Of a stretch of 64,000 bases of DNA, positions 19,485 through 29,792 are shown piece after piece; position 1 is the stretch's first letter, and each line of letters opens with the position of its first letter. Below the pieces are notes generated by a model. It made no database searches. It was not told the DNA's origin and worked only from the letters and a program-made list of their open reading frames with translations. A program made the translations under genes and the position numbers. Source of the stretch: an uncultured Gammaproteobacteria bacterium (lineage in GTDB: Bacteria; Patescibacteriota; Microgenomatia; Levybacterales; GWA1-39-11); assembly GCA_964394645.1 (NCBI GenBank), contig CAYMYC010000001.1, positions 359,705 through 423,704 on the forward strand, read 5' to 3'.

Positions 19485-20126
19485 ATGGGAATTAAAAAAC
19501 AAATTTCAAAATACCAGAATCTGTTCTTTATTTTTGTAATGGAGCAGCAGCTTAAAGGTTGTAGATCTGTATTAGATGTTGGATGTGGGCATAGTTCAAT
19601 AGTAGGATCTCTAAAAAAGACTTTTAGCAGTGAAGGGATAGATATTCATAAAAAGACTATAGATTTAAGTCGGAAAAATAAAACCCATGATAAATATAAG
19701 ATAGGTAACATAATGAGTCTACCCAATTTCTATAAAAAGAAAAGTTTTGATGCATGTGTATCAATCGACGTAATAGAGCACTTTACTAAAAAAGACGCAC
19801 TAAGGCTGATTAAAAATATGGAGAATGTTGCTGTAAAAAAGATTATTATTCTTACACCTAACGGGTTTTATGAGCAGCATGATTATGATGGTAATCCTCA
19901 TCAAGAACACAAATCAGGTTGGAGTAAAAATGATTTGGAAAAATTAGGATATAAAGTTTACGGGTTAAGGGGACTTAAGTACTTGCGAGATGAGCATGCA
20001 GGTATCAAATATAAGCCATGGGCATTTTGGGGGGCTTGTGGATTTATTTCAGAAATATTATTTTTTCCATTTGCTTCAGCATCATTTGATCTATTGGCAA
20101 TTAAAGATTTAAAAGAAAAAGCGTAA
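19485..20126 (+). CDS. class I SAM-dependent methyltransferase
   Basis: 'VLDVGCGHSS' motif I. 'SIDVIEHF'. Confidence 0.6.
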   Translation: MGIKKQISKYQNLFFIFVMEQQLKGCRSVLDVGCGHSSIVGSLKKTFSSEGIDIHKKTIDLSRKNKTHDKYKIGNIMSLPNFYKKKSFDACVSIDVIEHFTKKDALRLIKNMENVAVKKIIILTPNGFYEQHDYDGNPHQEHKSGWSKNDLEKLGYKVYGLRGLKYLRDEHAGIKYKPWAFWGACGFISEILFFPFASASFDLLAIKDLKEKA

Positions 20127-20196
20127 AGATTCACTGCTAAGCTTCATATAAAGTTCCTACTTCAACCCTGAAGTAAGCAGTATAATCTAAATTCAT

Positions 20197-20811
20197 ATGA
20201 AAATTAAAACTATCTTTGAAATCATTAAAAGAAAAGGTCTAATTGACACATTTTGTAGTTTACTAGGAATGTTTACGCTCAGAATTTCCTCAAGCACTAA
20301 AATAGAAGTATTGAGACTGAGAGGGTATGGTATTAGCCGTTCGGCAATACTATATGGTCAAAATGTTTTTTTTCAAAGCGAAAAAAACTCAGTAGTCATA
20401 AAAGATCACACGCGTTTGGGGCATGGTGTGCGTATTAAATCAGGGTTTCAGGGAAAAATTATTATTGGGAAAAGTGTTTTAATAGACGACAATTCATATG
20501 TCAGCGCACATGAGCGTATAGTGATTGGGGATGAGAGTATGATTGCTGCAAATGTATATATTGTAGATTTTAACCATTTATATCCTCTACAAAAATCAAA
20601 AAAACTAATCGGTAAAAAAAGTGGGTATGAAGCGGAGGCGATTGTTATTGGGAGGTATGTATGGATAGGCGCAAATGCTGTGATACTTAAGGGTGTGACA
20701 ATAGGTGATAATGCAGTTGTTGGAGCTAGTAGTGTAGTTACAAAAGATGTTCCAGAAAATACTGTGGTTGCGGGTTGTCCAGCTAAAGTAATTAAACGTA
20801 TAAATTTATGA
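20197..20811 (+). CDS. hexapeptide-repeat (LbH) sugar O-acetyltransferase (Mac/WcaF/WbbJ-like)
   Basis: Imperfect [LIV]-G-x-x-x-x repeats. C-terminal 'VVAGCPAKVIKR'. Confidence 0.7.
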   Translation: MKIKTIFEIIKRKGLIDTFCSLLGMFTLRISSSTKIEVLRLRGYGISRSAILYGQNVFFQSEKNSVVIKDHTRLGHGVRIKSGFQGKIIIGKSVLIDDNSYVSAHERIVIGDESMIAANVYIVDFNHLYPLQKSKKLIGKKSGYEAEAIVIGRYVWIGANAVILKGVTIGDNAVVGASSVVTKDVPENTVVAGCPAKVIKRINL

Positions 20812-22997
20812 AGGAAAAACTAAAGAGATTGCTTATATTTTTACTAAATTTTTCTGTAATTTTGTTTTTATTTTATCTCCCCTTTTATCTATTTGAAGGC
20901 AGACTTTTTTTAGGAGGAGATGATACGCGTTTTTATTATGCATACCCAAGTGAAGTTCTGGTTACATTTGCTTTATCTTCTTGGAATAATATATCTTCTC
21001 TTCCATTATCAATTCCTAACTTTCAGCTTGTACCATTGTTAATCGTATCCATAATCTTAGAAAATATCATTAAATCTAAGGTGATACTTTTTTATTTTTT
21101 GTTTTCACTACCTTTAGTAGTTGGTTTTATATATTTTCAGAAGTTGGTAAGGGAGTTGATAGGGAAAGACTATATTATTTCATTTACGGCAGCATTTTTA
21201 TTTGTACTATCTCCAATAACAGTAGTAAGCCACATATCGCACTTTTTAACACCAGTGTGGCTCATTGCGCTTGCTCCGATTATTTCGTATTACTACATAA
21301 GATATATTCGGGTAGGGAAAATAATAGATATTTGTAAGGTTGTGCTATGGTCTATATTTCTTTCATTTGCATACCTTGCTGTTCCATGGATGCTTGGGTT
21401 ATTGCTTCCTTTTACTTGTGGATTTTTAGTGTATTTTATTTTTGTTGAGAATCCAATTAAAAAAATACTGAGGAGATCTACTGAATTTTTGTTTTTTATT
21501 CTTGCAAGTCAATTATTTTGGTTTTTCCCATTTATAATGTCTTTGACATATTTAGGCGAAAAAGATTTGGGAGGACAAGTTGTTTCAAAAAATTTAATTG
21601 ATAGTTTTTCCCCTACGGTGTTAGCAATTGCAACAGGAAATATCATCAACCCATTATTAACCTTATACCATAGGCAAATAGCATTTGAGTATGATTGGCA
21701 TCTAAAAAAAGTCTTTTTAGATTTTTTTGATCCGTACTTACTAATAGGTACAGTCTTTATTTTTGTCATATTTTTAGGGATCATCAGATACAAGAAAGTT
21801 TTAAGGGGAGATCAAGAAAGAATGTTTTTATTCTTTTTTATAGTTTTCATTTTTGCGTTGTATTTTTTTACTGTAAACATAGGTTTTTTAGTGAACATCT
21901 TTCTTTCATTTAAAGTTATTCCAGGGTTTTCAATTTTGAGAAATTTTATTGATAAATCATCCTTGGGATATATATTTGCATATGCAATTTTTCTATCATT
22001 CTGCCTTCTAGTAGCTAAAAAAACATTTAAATTTTACCCTTTACTTGTAGTGGTAGTGGTATTGGTTATGGCAGTTAATTCAATTCCTATAAAGCAATTA
22101 GTTGATAGTCCTGTATGGACTACAAAGAGTATTAAGCAAACAGTCACAATCCCAGAAGAATATATATCATTTACAAAAGATGTAAAATCAATTGTAAAAA
22201 ATTCAAGTAATATTTTCTCATTACCACAGAACGTGGCATCATACTCTGTGATAGCAGAAACAAATGGGAGGCATGTCTATTTAGGCACCTCTCCATTTAA
22301 ATTTTTCTCCGGAATAAATGATTTAACGGGTCATTATCCAGACGCCGCTGAAAAAAGTATTCGAAAAGCAGTAATGGATAGAAACTATAGCCGCCTACTT
22401 GAGATATTTGAAAACTATAATATTGGATATTTGATGGTTACAAATAATATCCCAAAAGAAATTTATGGATCATATTTGATAGACTCTGATTACATAAAGT
22501 TTCAAGATCAAAAATTGATTGATGGGATTGAGCAAAGAAAACTATTATCCAGTAAAAACAAGAACTATGAATTGTATGAATTAAAAGTAAGGCCAAGCAT
22601 ACTTTCAAGCATAAATTCTGTCACATTTGAAAAAGTGGATTCTTCAAAGTATAAAATGAGTTTAAGTTCTGCAAACAATAATAAAAACCTAGAATTTTTG
22701 GAAACTTATCATCCTGGATGGAAATTATATGTTGAGAACGATAGCTATGGGACGAAGAATGTTTTCAATTTTTCTGATATCTCATATTTATTAAAAAAAC
22801 CCATTTTTGATGAAACACATAATACTTTATCTCCGTATGGGAATGTATGGAAAATAGAGGGCATACGTAAAAGTACACCTGTGACACTATATTTTCTCCC
22901 ACAGTCTTACTTCTATATGGGAATAGCTTTAACCATTACATTACTGTTTATAGGATTTATATACTTGGCTATAGTCTCTAAAAATAAGAAACAGTGA
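20808..22997 (+). CDS. YfhO-like GT-C membrane glycosyltransferase candidate
   Basis: 729 aa. About 430-aa multi-TM N-domain with 'LGGDDTRFYYAYP' loop motif. About 280-aa extracytoplasmic domain. 'YHPGWKLYVEN' motif (nt 22707..22721). Terminal TM anchor. Confidence 0.5.
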   Translation: MKEKLKRLLIFLLNFSVILFLFYLPFYLFEGRLFLGGDDTRFYYAYPSEVLVTFALSSWNNISSLPLSIPNFQLVPLLIVSIILENIIKSKVILFYFLFSLPLVVGFIYFQKLVRELIGKDYIISFTAAFLFVLSPITVVSHISHFLTPVWLIALAPIISYYYIRYIRVGKIIDICKVVLWSIFLSFAYLAVPWMLGLLLPFTCGFLVYFIFVENPIKKILRRSTEFLFFILASQLFWFFPFIMSLTYLGEKDLGGQVVSKNLIDSFSPTVLAIATGNIINPLLTLYHRQIAFEYDWHLKKVFLDFFDPYLLIGTVFIFVIFLGIIRYKKVLRGDQERMFLFFFIVFIFALYFFTVNIGFLVNIFLSFKVIPGFSILRNFIDKSSLGYIFAYAIFLSFCLLVAKKTFKFYPLLVVVVVLVMAVNSIPIKQLVDSPVWTTKSIKQTVTIPEEYISFTKDVKSIVKNSSNIFSLPQNVASYSVIAETNGRHVYLGTSPFKFFSGINDLTGHYPDAAEKSIRKAVMDRNYSRLLEIFENYNIGYLMVTNNIPKEIYGSYLIDSDYIKFQDQKLIDGIEQRKLLSSKNKNYELYELKVRPSILSSINSVTFEKVDSSKYKMSLSSANNNKNLEFLETYHPGWKLYVENDSYGTKNVFNFSDISYLLKKPIFDETHNTLSPYGNVWKIEGIRKSTPVTLYFLPQSYFYMGIALTITLLFIGFIYLAIVSKNKKQ

Positions 22998-24052
22998 AAG
23001 AAAGAAATAACAACAACAAATATAAATTGATATTTAAGTGGATTCTAATCCCTTTTGCACTTTTGCTATTTTGGTTTTTTGCATCATTAGTATTTAGTAC
23101 AGAGAAGGGATTTTCAGTGCTTCAATATTCTCACAATAAAGATGAGAATAACGCGTTTAATGAAAAGCAGCTGTTTAAAGGCGAAAAAGTTGAAGGCCAA
23201 TTCGTTGCAAAAGAAAATAACCTCGGAATAGTTTCTATAAGGTTTGGCAATGTACCCGATGTTGAATTTAACAAATTAGATAGGATGATTTTTAGAATTA
23301 AAGAAAAAGGGAGTAATTATTGGTATTACGAAAATATATACAGGGCAAATTTAGCTAAGCAAAATCGTTATCTTACCTTAGGCTTTGTGCCCATAGCAGA
23401 TTCCAAAGATAAGACATATCAATTTGAGTTAATTTCCTTACATGGTAATTCTCAAAATGCGGTAGAGATAAGCAATAAAGACCCCATTTACTTTTCCCTC
23501 TACAAATTTACAAAACAAGATGTATTAAATGATAAAGATTCAGTTATAAGATTTTGGCTGAATATGGTTGAAGCGTTCTTAGCAAATATTGATTCTCTTC
23601 TTTCCTCTTCATTATTTCTACTTCCGCTCGTTTTTTATATGACATGGATCATAATTGTCCAAGATCATCTAGATGAAAGATATTTGAAAAGCGGAAAAAA
23701 ACATGAATTTTATCTAAAAAAAGTACTAAAAATGTATTATAAAAATAGAAAAAGTATCTTTTCTATTATGGTTTTAGTACTATTGTTTTGTGATGCGATC
23801 CTGTTTCATGAAGAGATTACAGGATTTATACTTGGGCTAACGGGCCTTTGGATTATTGTTGTCTACATAAATAAGTTAAACAACATAGCAACATTTAAAA
23901 TTGCTTTTCTTTTAATTGCTATATCTATTATATCTACTTACTTTATGAGTTCACTATCAGTCAATAAACTTAGTATATATGCATATTTATTGTTACTAAT
24001 TGGTTGCATTCAAATGCTTGTGGCATACAAAAGACGACGTATTACTTATTGA
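22994..24052 (+). CDS. hypothetical membrane protein
   Basis: N-terminal TM segment, an extracytoplasmic domain of about 170 aa, and about 4 C-terminal TM segments. No motif I recognise. Confidence 0.4.
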   Translation: MKERNNNNKYKLIFKWILIPFALLLFWFFASLVFSTEKGFSVLQYSHNKDENNAFNEKQLFKGEKVEGQFVAKENNLGIVSIRFGNVPDVEFNKLDRMIFRIKEKGSNYWYYENIYRANLAKQNRYLTLGFVPIADSKDKTYQFELISLHGNSQNAVEISNKDPIYFSLYKFTKQDVLNDKDSVIRFWLNMVEAFLANIDSLLSSSLFLLPLVFYMTWIIIVQDHLDERYLKSGKKHEFYLKKVLKMYYKNRKSIFSIMVLVLLFCDAILFHEEITGFILGLTGLWIIVVYINKLNNIATFKIAFLLIAISIISTYFMSSLSVNKLSIYAYLLLLIGCIQMLVAYKRRRITY

Positions 24053-25016
24053 TAAGATTGTATAGATTATTTGAAATTATTTTGTGCGCATTAAGCGTAG
24101 GGTGTATATCATCAGCGTAGTCTTTGTCAGTTAGCCAAGTTGAGGTATCTATAAATTCTGCGCTATTTTTTTCAGCCACATTTTCTGCCTCACTATTATA
24201 TGAATTAATTACATCGGTGTTAATATCACTTCTTAGCAAAATTCCAACAACAAACAATTTCCCTGTGTTCCATTTTTTTAAATCTGTAAGAATTTTATTG
24301 AGCGTCGCCCCAAAAGATGCGACAGGTACGTTATTGGCTATGTCGTTTGTACCAAGAAAGATGATTGTTGCAGACGATTTATAATTTGATATATCCTTTT
24401 TATAACGATCTTGTGCGCTTGGAGTTGAAGGTATTTTAACAAGGGTAGAGCTAAGTATGCTTGAATTGTGAAGTTCATATCTTAATTTATCTGCAAGTAA
24501 TATTGTGTAGTTACCTTTTCCGTACATGGTTGAGATCGAGTCGCCAATCACCGAAATAGTCTTTTTATGGGGCTTATAAGTGGTAATTACTGCATTTGCG
24601 GGTGCACGTAAACTTGTTAGTTGTATACTGCATGGATCATAGAAATATTCACAGATGTATCGTATTGAAATTTTATTACTTTCTTCTTTATCAAGAGATA
24701 TTTTTATTGATTTATTATTTTGAGCAGGGTAGGAGTAGTATTCTTTTTTTCCATTTAGTGTTATCTCAATACTTTGAGTTGCTTTGGATACTGTGTTGAA
24801 TTTGAATTCAATAATACTTGTATTTGATATAGATAAAGCTATTTCTGAGCCTGAATATGTGCTTTGATTGTTTATCCAACTTTTACTTTTATAAAGTATC
24901 GGGTTGTAACTCATATCAATTTCTCTATTTGAGTATTGATTATGTGCGTAATAGACAGACATTGAAAAAAAAATAAAAAATAGAGTAAGTGCTATGTGCT
25001 TTTTTATATGTTTCAT
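24042..25016 (-). CDS. secreted SGNH/GDSL hydrolase (putative glycan O-acetyl esterase)
   Basis: Signal peptide. Block I 'VIGDSIS', block III 'GTNDIA', block V 'DDIHPT'. One of only two antisense genes inside the glycan locus. Confidence 0.7.
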   Translation of the reverse strand: MKHIKKHIALTLFFIFFSMSVYYAHNQYSNREIDMSYNPILYKSKSWINNQSTYSGSEIALSISNTSIIEFKFNTVSKATQSIEITLNGKKEYYSYPAQNNKSIKISLDKEESNKISIRYICEYFYDPCSIQLTSLRAPANAVITTYKPHKKTISVIGDSISTMYGKGNYTILLADKLRYELHNSSILSSTLVKIPSTPSAQDRYKKDISNYKSSATIIFLGTNDIANNVPVASFGATLNKILTDLKKWNTGKLFVVGILLRSDINTDVINSYNSEAENVAEKNSAEFIDTSTWLTDKDYADDIHPTLNAHKIISNNLYNLINK

Positions 25017-25072
25017 GGAATTGTATTATATTTGTATTTTGTTATAATTGCTACTATGCCTACTTATCTAAC

Positions 25073-26749
25073 ATGCGTAATAACATATTAACTTTCCTCA
25101 AAGTTTTCCCTGTATTTTTTTTCATAATATTCATCGCAACCTTTGGTTTACTACAAGGGTACTTTCAGCAAGATGAGTGGATGGGCATTGCAGATGTGAT
25201 GCTCTCATACTCTCGTCCATGGTGGCATCCGTATTTACCTTGGGTACATTTTTCACCAATTGGAGTATTTATTTGGAGCACATTATATAAAGTATTTCAT
25301 CTTCAAGCACAATTCTATTTTTTAATTCAACTTATTGTTCATGCTTCTTGTGCAACGCTTGTTTATATTTTAACTGTAAAAATAACCAAAAACAAAGCAA
25401 TAGCCATTTTAAGCGGTCTTCTTTTTCTAACCAACGCGCGTGCACACCAAGCTTTTACGCACCTAGCGATTTTTCATACTACAACTTTGGCCATGTTCTT
25501 CATACTGCTTTTTTTTGTTTTCCTATCTAGTATCAAAAATACAGTCTTTTCATTTAAGAGCACATTAATACTGACTTTAATATTTATTGCTACTGTTGCT
25601 ACCCGCGAAGAGGGGTTTATAATTATTCCAATTGCAGCCGTATATATATTTTGTTTTGATAAAGATAAAATTAACAAAAAAAATATTATTCCGCTAGCCC
25701 TGTTTTCTATTGGAGTCATTGCATTTCTGGGTGTAAGAATGTTTGCACAACTCTTAAATCCGGTTCCAGTTCCTTTGGAATATCAAATTGCAGGGTCCGG
25801 TGTTAAATATAACATGGCGACAGTTCCTGTAAAATTTGTTGTACAAAATTTAATTTATTCGGAAAGATTTGCTTTGTTTTTTATTGCGAATACTCAAAAG
25901 GCGTATCCAGAAATAGATTCGTTTTTTACTAGTCATGCACCAATTATGGATGCAGGATTCTTTTATGTATTTAGCATGATGGCTATCATTTTTGCCTTTT
26001 GGTTATGGCGTGTTAGGCCTAGGCGTATAGGTCCTATGCTCATTTTCTTATCCACATGGATATTTGCAAACGCATTTATACTTTCATTTGTGGGAAGGCA
26101 GCTCTCGGTAATTGAACCAAGATATTTGTATTTTTCAAGCTTTCCAGTTCTTTGCCTATTATCAATTTTTCTCTATACCATGTTTATATCGCAAGATAAA
26201 CTTAAAATTATTAATGTGATAAAGAAAATATTTGTAATAGTTATTTTAGGTTTTTTAGTTTTTACCTCAGTTGAAGAAATTAGAGTGGCAGTTCGAAGAC
26301 AAATAGTTGATGGAGAAGCCAAGAAAAAGATTATTAAGAGTTTGCTTACTGTGCACCCTACATTATCCAGGAATACGATCTTTTATGTTAGGTGCAAAGT
26401 TGAGTGTTATCGCAATACTCGCGATTTTGGTATTTCGAATCAAAATGTGTTACCTTTTTCTTCGGGACCCGGAATGAATTTTTTGGTGACATATGCAAGC
26501 GTTCAAGGACAGGAAAAAGAATGGGGGCAATTTTTTACCAATATGTTTCTCTTTAATACATTTTCAGAAGATTATAAAAAAATTGGTGACAGGAGTTTTG
26601 GCTACTTTGTTACGAAAAGTAAGCTTGAAGAAACGCTTAAGAAAAACAAATTGTCAAAAGACATTGTTGTTGCATTAGAAATAGATGAGTCTACCTATAC
26701 TTTTATTGATATTTCAGAAGAATTTAGAAAAACTATTTTCCAAAATTAA
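25073..26749 (+). CDS. GT-C-fold-like polytopic membrane protein
   Basis: Multi-TM. Loop-1 'YFQQDEWMGIADV' DE motif. The track start at 24989 would overlap the antisense gene. ATG 25073 is preferred. Confidence 0.45.
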   Translation: MRNNILTFLKVFPVFFFIIFIATFGLLQGYFQQDEWMGIADVMLSYSRPWWHPYLPWVHFSPIGVFIWSTLYKVFHLQAQFYFLIQLIVHASCATLVYILTVKITKNKAIAILSGLLFLTNARAHQAFTHLAIFHTTTLAMFFILLFFVFLSSIKNTVFSFKSTLILTLIFIATVATREEGFIIIPIAAVYIFCFDKDKINKKNIIPLALFSIGVIAFLGVRMFAQLLNPVPVPLEYQIAGSGVKYNMATVPVKFVVQNLIYSERFALFFIANTQKAYPEIDSFFTSHAPIMDAGFFYVFSMMAIIFAFWLWRVRPRRIGPMLIFLSTWIFANAFILSFVGRQLSVIEPRYLYFSSFPVLCLLSIFLYTMFISQDKLKIINVIKKIFVIVILGFLVFTSVEEIRVAVRRQIVDGEAKKKIIKSLLTVHPTLSRNTIFYVRCKVECYRNTRDFGISNQNVLPFSSGPGMNFLVTYASVQGQEKEWGQFFTNMFLFNTFSEDYKKIGDRSFGYFVTKSKLEETLKKNKLSKDIVVALEIDESTYTFIDISEEFRKTIFQN

Positions 26750-26750
26750 C

Positions 26751-27500
26751 ATGAATTTTCACGCTCTCTTCCTACAATTGAACGAAATCTACAAAAAAAA
26801 GGGTTTTTTATCTTTGCTGACCTTTTTACTTATTGGGTTCAACAATGCATTTATTAATAAATACATTAGAGGTTCGTTTAGTCAAAAAGGAGAAGACTTA
26901 ATATTAGAGAAAATATTTACACGTAAGAATAGTGGTTTTTATGTTGATGTTGGAGCAAACAATCCAGATATTTTTAACAACACGAAAAAATTCTATTTAA
27001 AAGGGTGGAGGGGAATAAATATTGAACCTAACCCAATGCTATTAAACAGGTTTAAAATCGAAAGGAAGAGAGATATAAATATAAATTTTGGAATTGGCAA
27101 AAAAAGAGGTTTTGCATCTTTTTATGAGTTTGAGATAAGTAGCATTTCTACTTTTAGTAAAAATGATAAAGAGAATAAAATTAAATTAGGCTACAGATTA
27201 AAGAGCGAATCCAAAATAAAAGTATATAGATTAGAGGATATTATGAGAAAATTCTGTAAGAAAAAAATTGATTTTATGAATGTAGACACAGAAGGAATGG
27301 ATCTTGAAGTTTTAAAAAGTAATGATTGGAAAATGTTTAGACCAAAAGCTGTATGCGTGGAAACAGGCGATGTCTGGTCTACACTATCAAATGAGTTGGA
27401 GAATAATAAAAAGAGACTAATAGACAGATTTATGAAAAATAACAGTTATAGAATTTTTTATTCAAACGATTTAAACACAATATATGTAGAAAATGATTAA
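26751..27500 (+). CDS. FkbM-family methyltransferase
   Basis: 'FYVDVGANNPDIFNNT', 'GINIEPNP', 'IDFMNVDTEGMDLEVL' are hallmark PF05050-type motifs. ATG 26751 lies right after the upstream stop. Confidence 0.7.
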   Translation: MNFHALFLQLNEIYKKKGFLSLLTFLLIGFNNAFINKYIRGSFSQKGEDLILEKIFTRKNSGFYVDVGANNPDIFNNTKKFYLKGWRGINIEPNPMLLNRFKIERKRDININFGIGKKRGFASFYEFEISSISTFSKNDKENKIKLGYRLKSESKIKVYRLEDIMRKFCKKKIDFMNVDTEGMDLEVLKSNDWKMFRPKAVCVETGDVWSTLSNELENNKKRLIDRFMKNNSYRIFYSNDLNTIYVEND

Positions 27501-28156
27501 CGAGGTAGCATGTCCCTATAAATTGATTTATCATATTTGGCTTTTTTTACTTTTTCTGCTACAAAATACATGCCTCTTGAAAGGGGTTTAAATCTTCCAT
27601 ATTCCCCGTATGAAAGAATAGAAAATCCATGAGACTGTAACAGCGTTGAGAGACTTTTCTTAGTAAAGAATCTAATGTGTTGAGAGTAGGGATTGTAAAC
27701 AATCTCAAATCCTATAAGTGCAATCACAAGATTTTTTATTGTCCCATGATAGGGGGTGCTAATAAAAATTTTCCCGCCTTTTTTGAGGCAACGATTCATT
27801 TCAAGTAGGTAATTGGAAACATCAAATATATGTTCAATTACGTCTGCAGCTAAAATAAAATCAACGCTCTCATTTTTTATTGGAATCTTTTCATCTCCAG
27901 AAAGAGCGTAGAACTTAGCCTTAGGGAATCTTTTTTTTGCTTTATTTATAGCATAAGAGGAAATATCTATTCCAACAATTTTGTAAGGATTTACTTTTAG
28001 AAATTCTTCTATGTATCTACCTTCCCCACACCCAAAGTCTAGTATGGTACTATTCTTGGAAGGAAGAACACTTTTTATTTTTGGCCATTTCCATTTAAAA
28101 TCATGACCTTCTGCTAAGCCGCCTTCTTTCCACCATAAGTCATAAATTTTCTTCAT
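27497..28156 (-). CDS. class I SAM-dependent methyltransferase
   Basis: 'ILDFGCGEGRY' motif I. 'ADVIEHI'. Antisense to the locus. Confidence 0.7.
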   Translation of the reverse strand: MKKIYDLWWKEGGLAEGHDFKWKWPKIKSVLPSKNSTILDFGCGEGRYIEEFLKVNPYKIVGIDISSYAINKAKKRFPKAKFYALSGDEKIPIKNESVDFILAADVIEHIFDVSNYLLEMNRCLKKGGKIFISTPYHGTIKNLVIALIGFEIVYNPYSQHIRFFTKKSLSTLLQSHGFSILSYGEYGRFKPLSRGMYFVAEKVKKAKYDKSIYRDMLPR

Positions 28157-28256
28157 ACAAAATTATACCATAATTTCTAATGCAAATTAGAGAGGAATAT
28201 ATTATAATCACTGATATGCAAAAATTCTGCCAAAAAATTGTATACGTCTATTAACG

Positions 28257-29123
28257 ATGAAGAGTAAAATTTTAGTTTCGATAATAATCCCTACGTATAA
28301 GAACTCTCTAAGTATTATAGATATTCCTCTTGAAAGTATTAGCAAGCAGACCTGCTCTAAACATTTATATGAAATTATTATTTCAAATAATCATTGGTCT
28401 AAAAGCGAATCGTTGAAAAGTAAGATTTTAAAATATAAAGCTAAATTTATTGAGGTTTACGGAAAGCCTCCTCAGGTATGTAATCAAATTAATGCAGGTG
28501 TTAAGGTTGCAAAAGGAAAATACATTTTAATTTTAGACCATGACGTTGAGCTAAGCCCAAGATTAATAGAAAATTTCTCTAAGCTTGAGAAAAGATTTTC
28601 AAGTGTAGACTCATGGTACATGCCATATAAAGTAATTGCTAGAGGATTTTTAAATAAAGTCAGAAATTTTGAAGAAAAATTTTATCAACATTCTATCATT
28701 GCAGCACCTAGAATTACTAAGAAATCAGTTATTTTAAAAACTGAAAAGATGTATGACCCAATTCTAAATGGTGGTCCCGCAGATTGGGATTTTACAAATC
28801 AACTCAGAGAGATTTCTGCTAAATTTAAATACATTGATGAATACGCTTTTCATCACGAAGAGGCTTTAACTTTTTGGGAGTTTATTTTAAAGAAAAAAAT
28901 TTATGCAGAAGGTGGAGAGTTATATAAAGAAAAATGGGCAAAAAAAAATAAAAAAATATATGATGAAATTGTTAAAAAACAGTACTCGCCCACTTATAGA
29001 CTGATACAAATTTTTATAGAAAATGGAAAATGGAAATTTTTTAACTTGCAAAATTACTTGTTGTTTTTAATAATGAAAAGCTTAATGGCTGTAAATTATT
29101 TTTACTATGTCAAGAAAAGATAA
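28257..29123 (+). CDS. family 2 glycosyltransferase
   Basis: 'VSIIIPTYKNS', 'ILILDHDVEL' DxD. Confidence 0.65.
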   Translation: MKSKILVSIIIPTYKNSLSIIDIPLESISKQTCSKHLYEIIISNNHWSKSESLKSKILKYKAKFIEVYGKPPQVCNQINAGVKVAKGKYILILDHDVELSPRLIENFSKLEKRFSSVDSWYMPYKVIARGFLNKVRNFEEKFYQHSIIAAPRITKKSVILKTEKMYDPILNGGPADWDFTNQLREISAKFKYIDEYAFHHEEALTFWEFILKKKIYAEGGELYKEKWAKKNKKIYDEIVKKQYSPTYRLIQIFIENGKWKFFNLQNYLLFLIMKSLMAVNYFYYVKKR

Positions 29124-29790
29124 AATTTTTACTAATGAGCCAAGAAAAGTATATATTTTGGGAGCTGGAGGTATGGCTAGTGAGGTGCTTGAGATGTATA
29201 GGTCGTCTGGGCGCATAGATGAAATAGAAGGGTTTGTTGTTAGCGAGAAGAAGCGAGCAGGAAAGATAAAAAATAAAAAAATTTTTATAGATAAAGAGAT
29301 TACTTTAGAAAATAAGCGCGGTTTTTTTATTGGTGCGATTGGTAACCCAATAAGAAGAAAATGGATTGAAAAACTTATAGATAGAGGTGGCGAATTTGAC
29401 AATATTATTCATGCTACTGCAGTCATAGGGAAAAGTGTTAAGCATGGAGTGGGAAGTATTATTTGTGCCAATTCAGTTCTTACAGATAATATAGTTATTT
29501 CAGATCATGTAATTATCAATGTGGGGGCAACAATAAACCATGATTGTAAGATTGGAAGTTATGTAACAATTGGTCCAGGAGTACATATTGGAGGTAGAGT
29601 ATCGATAGGTGACGGAACCTTTATAGGAATAGGAGTTTTGATAAAAGAACAAATAAAGATTGGCAGTAATGTTTTTATAGGTGCCGGAGCTGTAGTTGTA
29701 GATGATATTCCTGACAATGTACTCGTGTATGGATCCCCGGCAAGAGTAATAAAAAAAATCGATGAAGATTATTTAAAGGATTTAATATAG
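29107..29790 (+). CDS. NeuD/PglD-family sugar N-acetyltransferase (LbH)
   Basis: N-terminal 'VYILGAGGMASEVLEM' Rossmann-like domain plus C-terminal hexapeptide repeats ending 'VYGSPARVIKK'. Confidence 0.7.
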   Translation: MSRKDKIFTNEPRKVYILGAGGMASEVLEMYRSSGRIDEIEGFVVSEKKRAGKIKNKKIFIDKEITLENKRGFFIGAIGNPIRRKWIEKLIDRGGEFDNIIHATAVIGKSVKHGVGSIICANSVLTDNIVISDHVIINVGATINHDCKIGSYVTIGPGVHIGGRVSIGDGTFIGIGVLIKEQIKIGSNVFIGAGAVVVDDIPDNVLVYGSPARVIKKIDEDYLKDLI

Positions 29791-29792
29791 GA

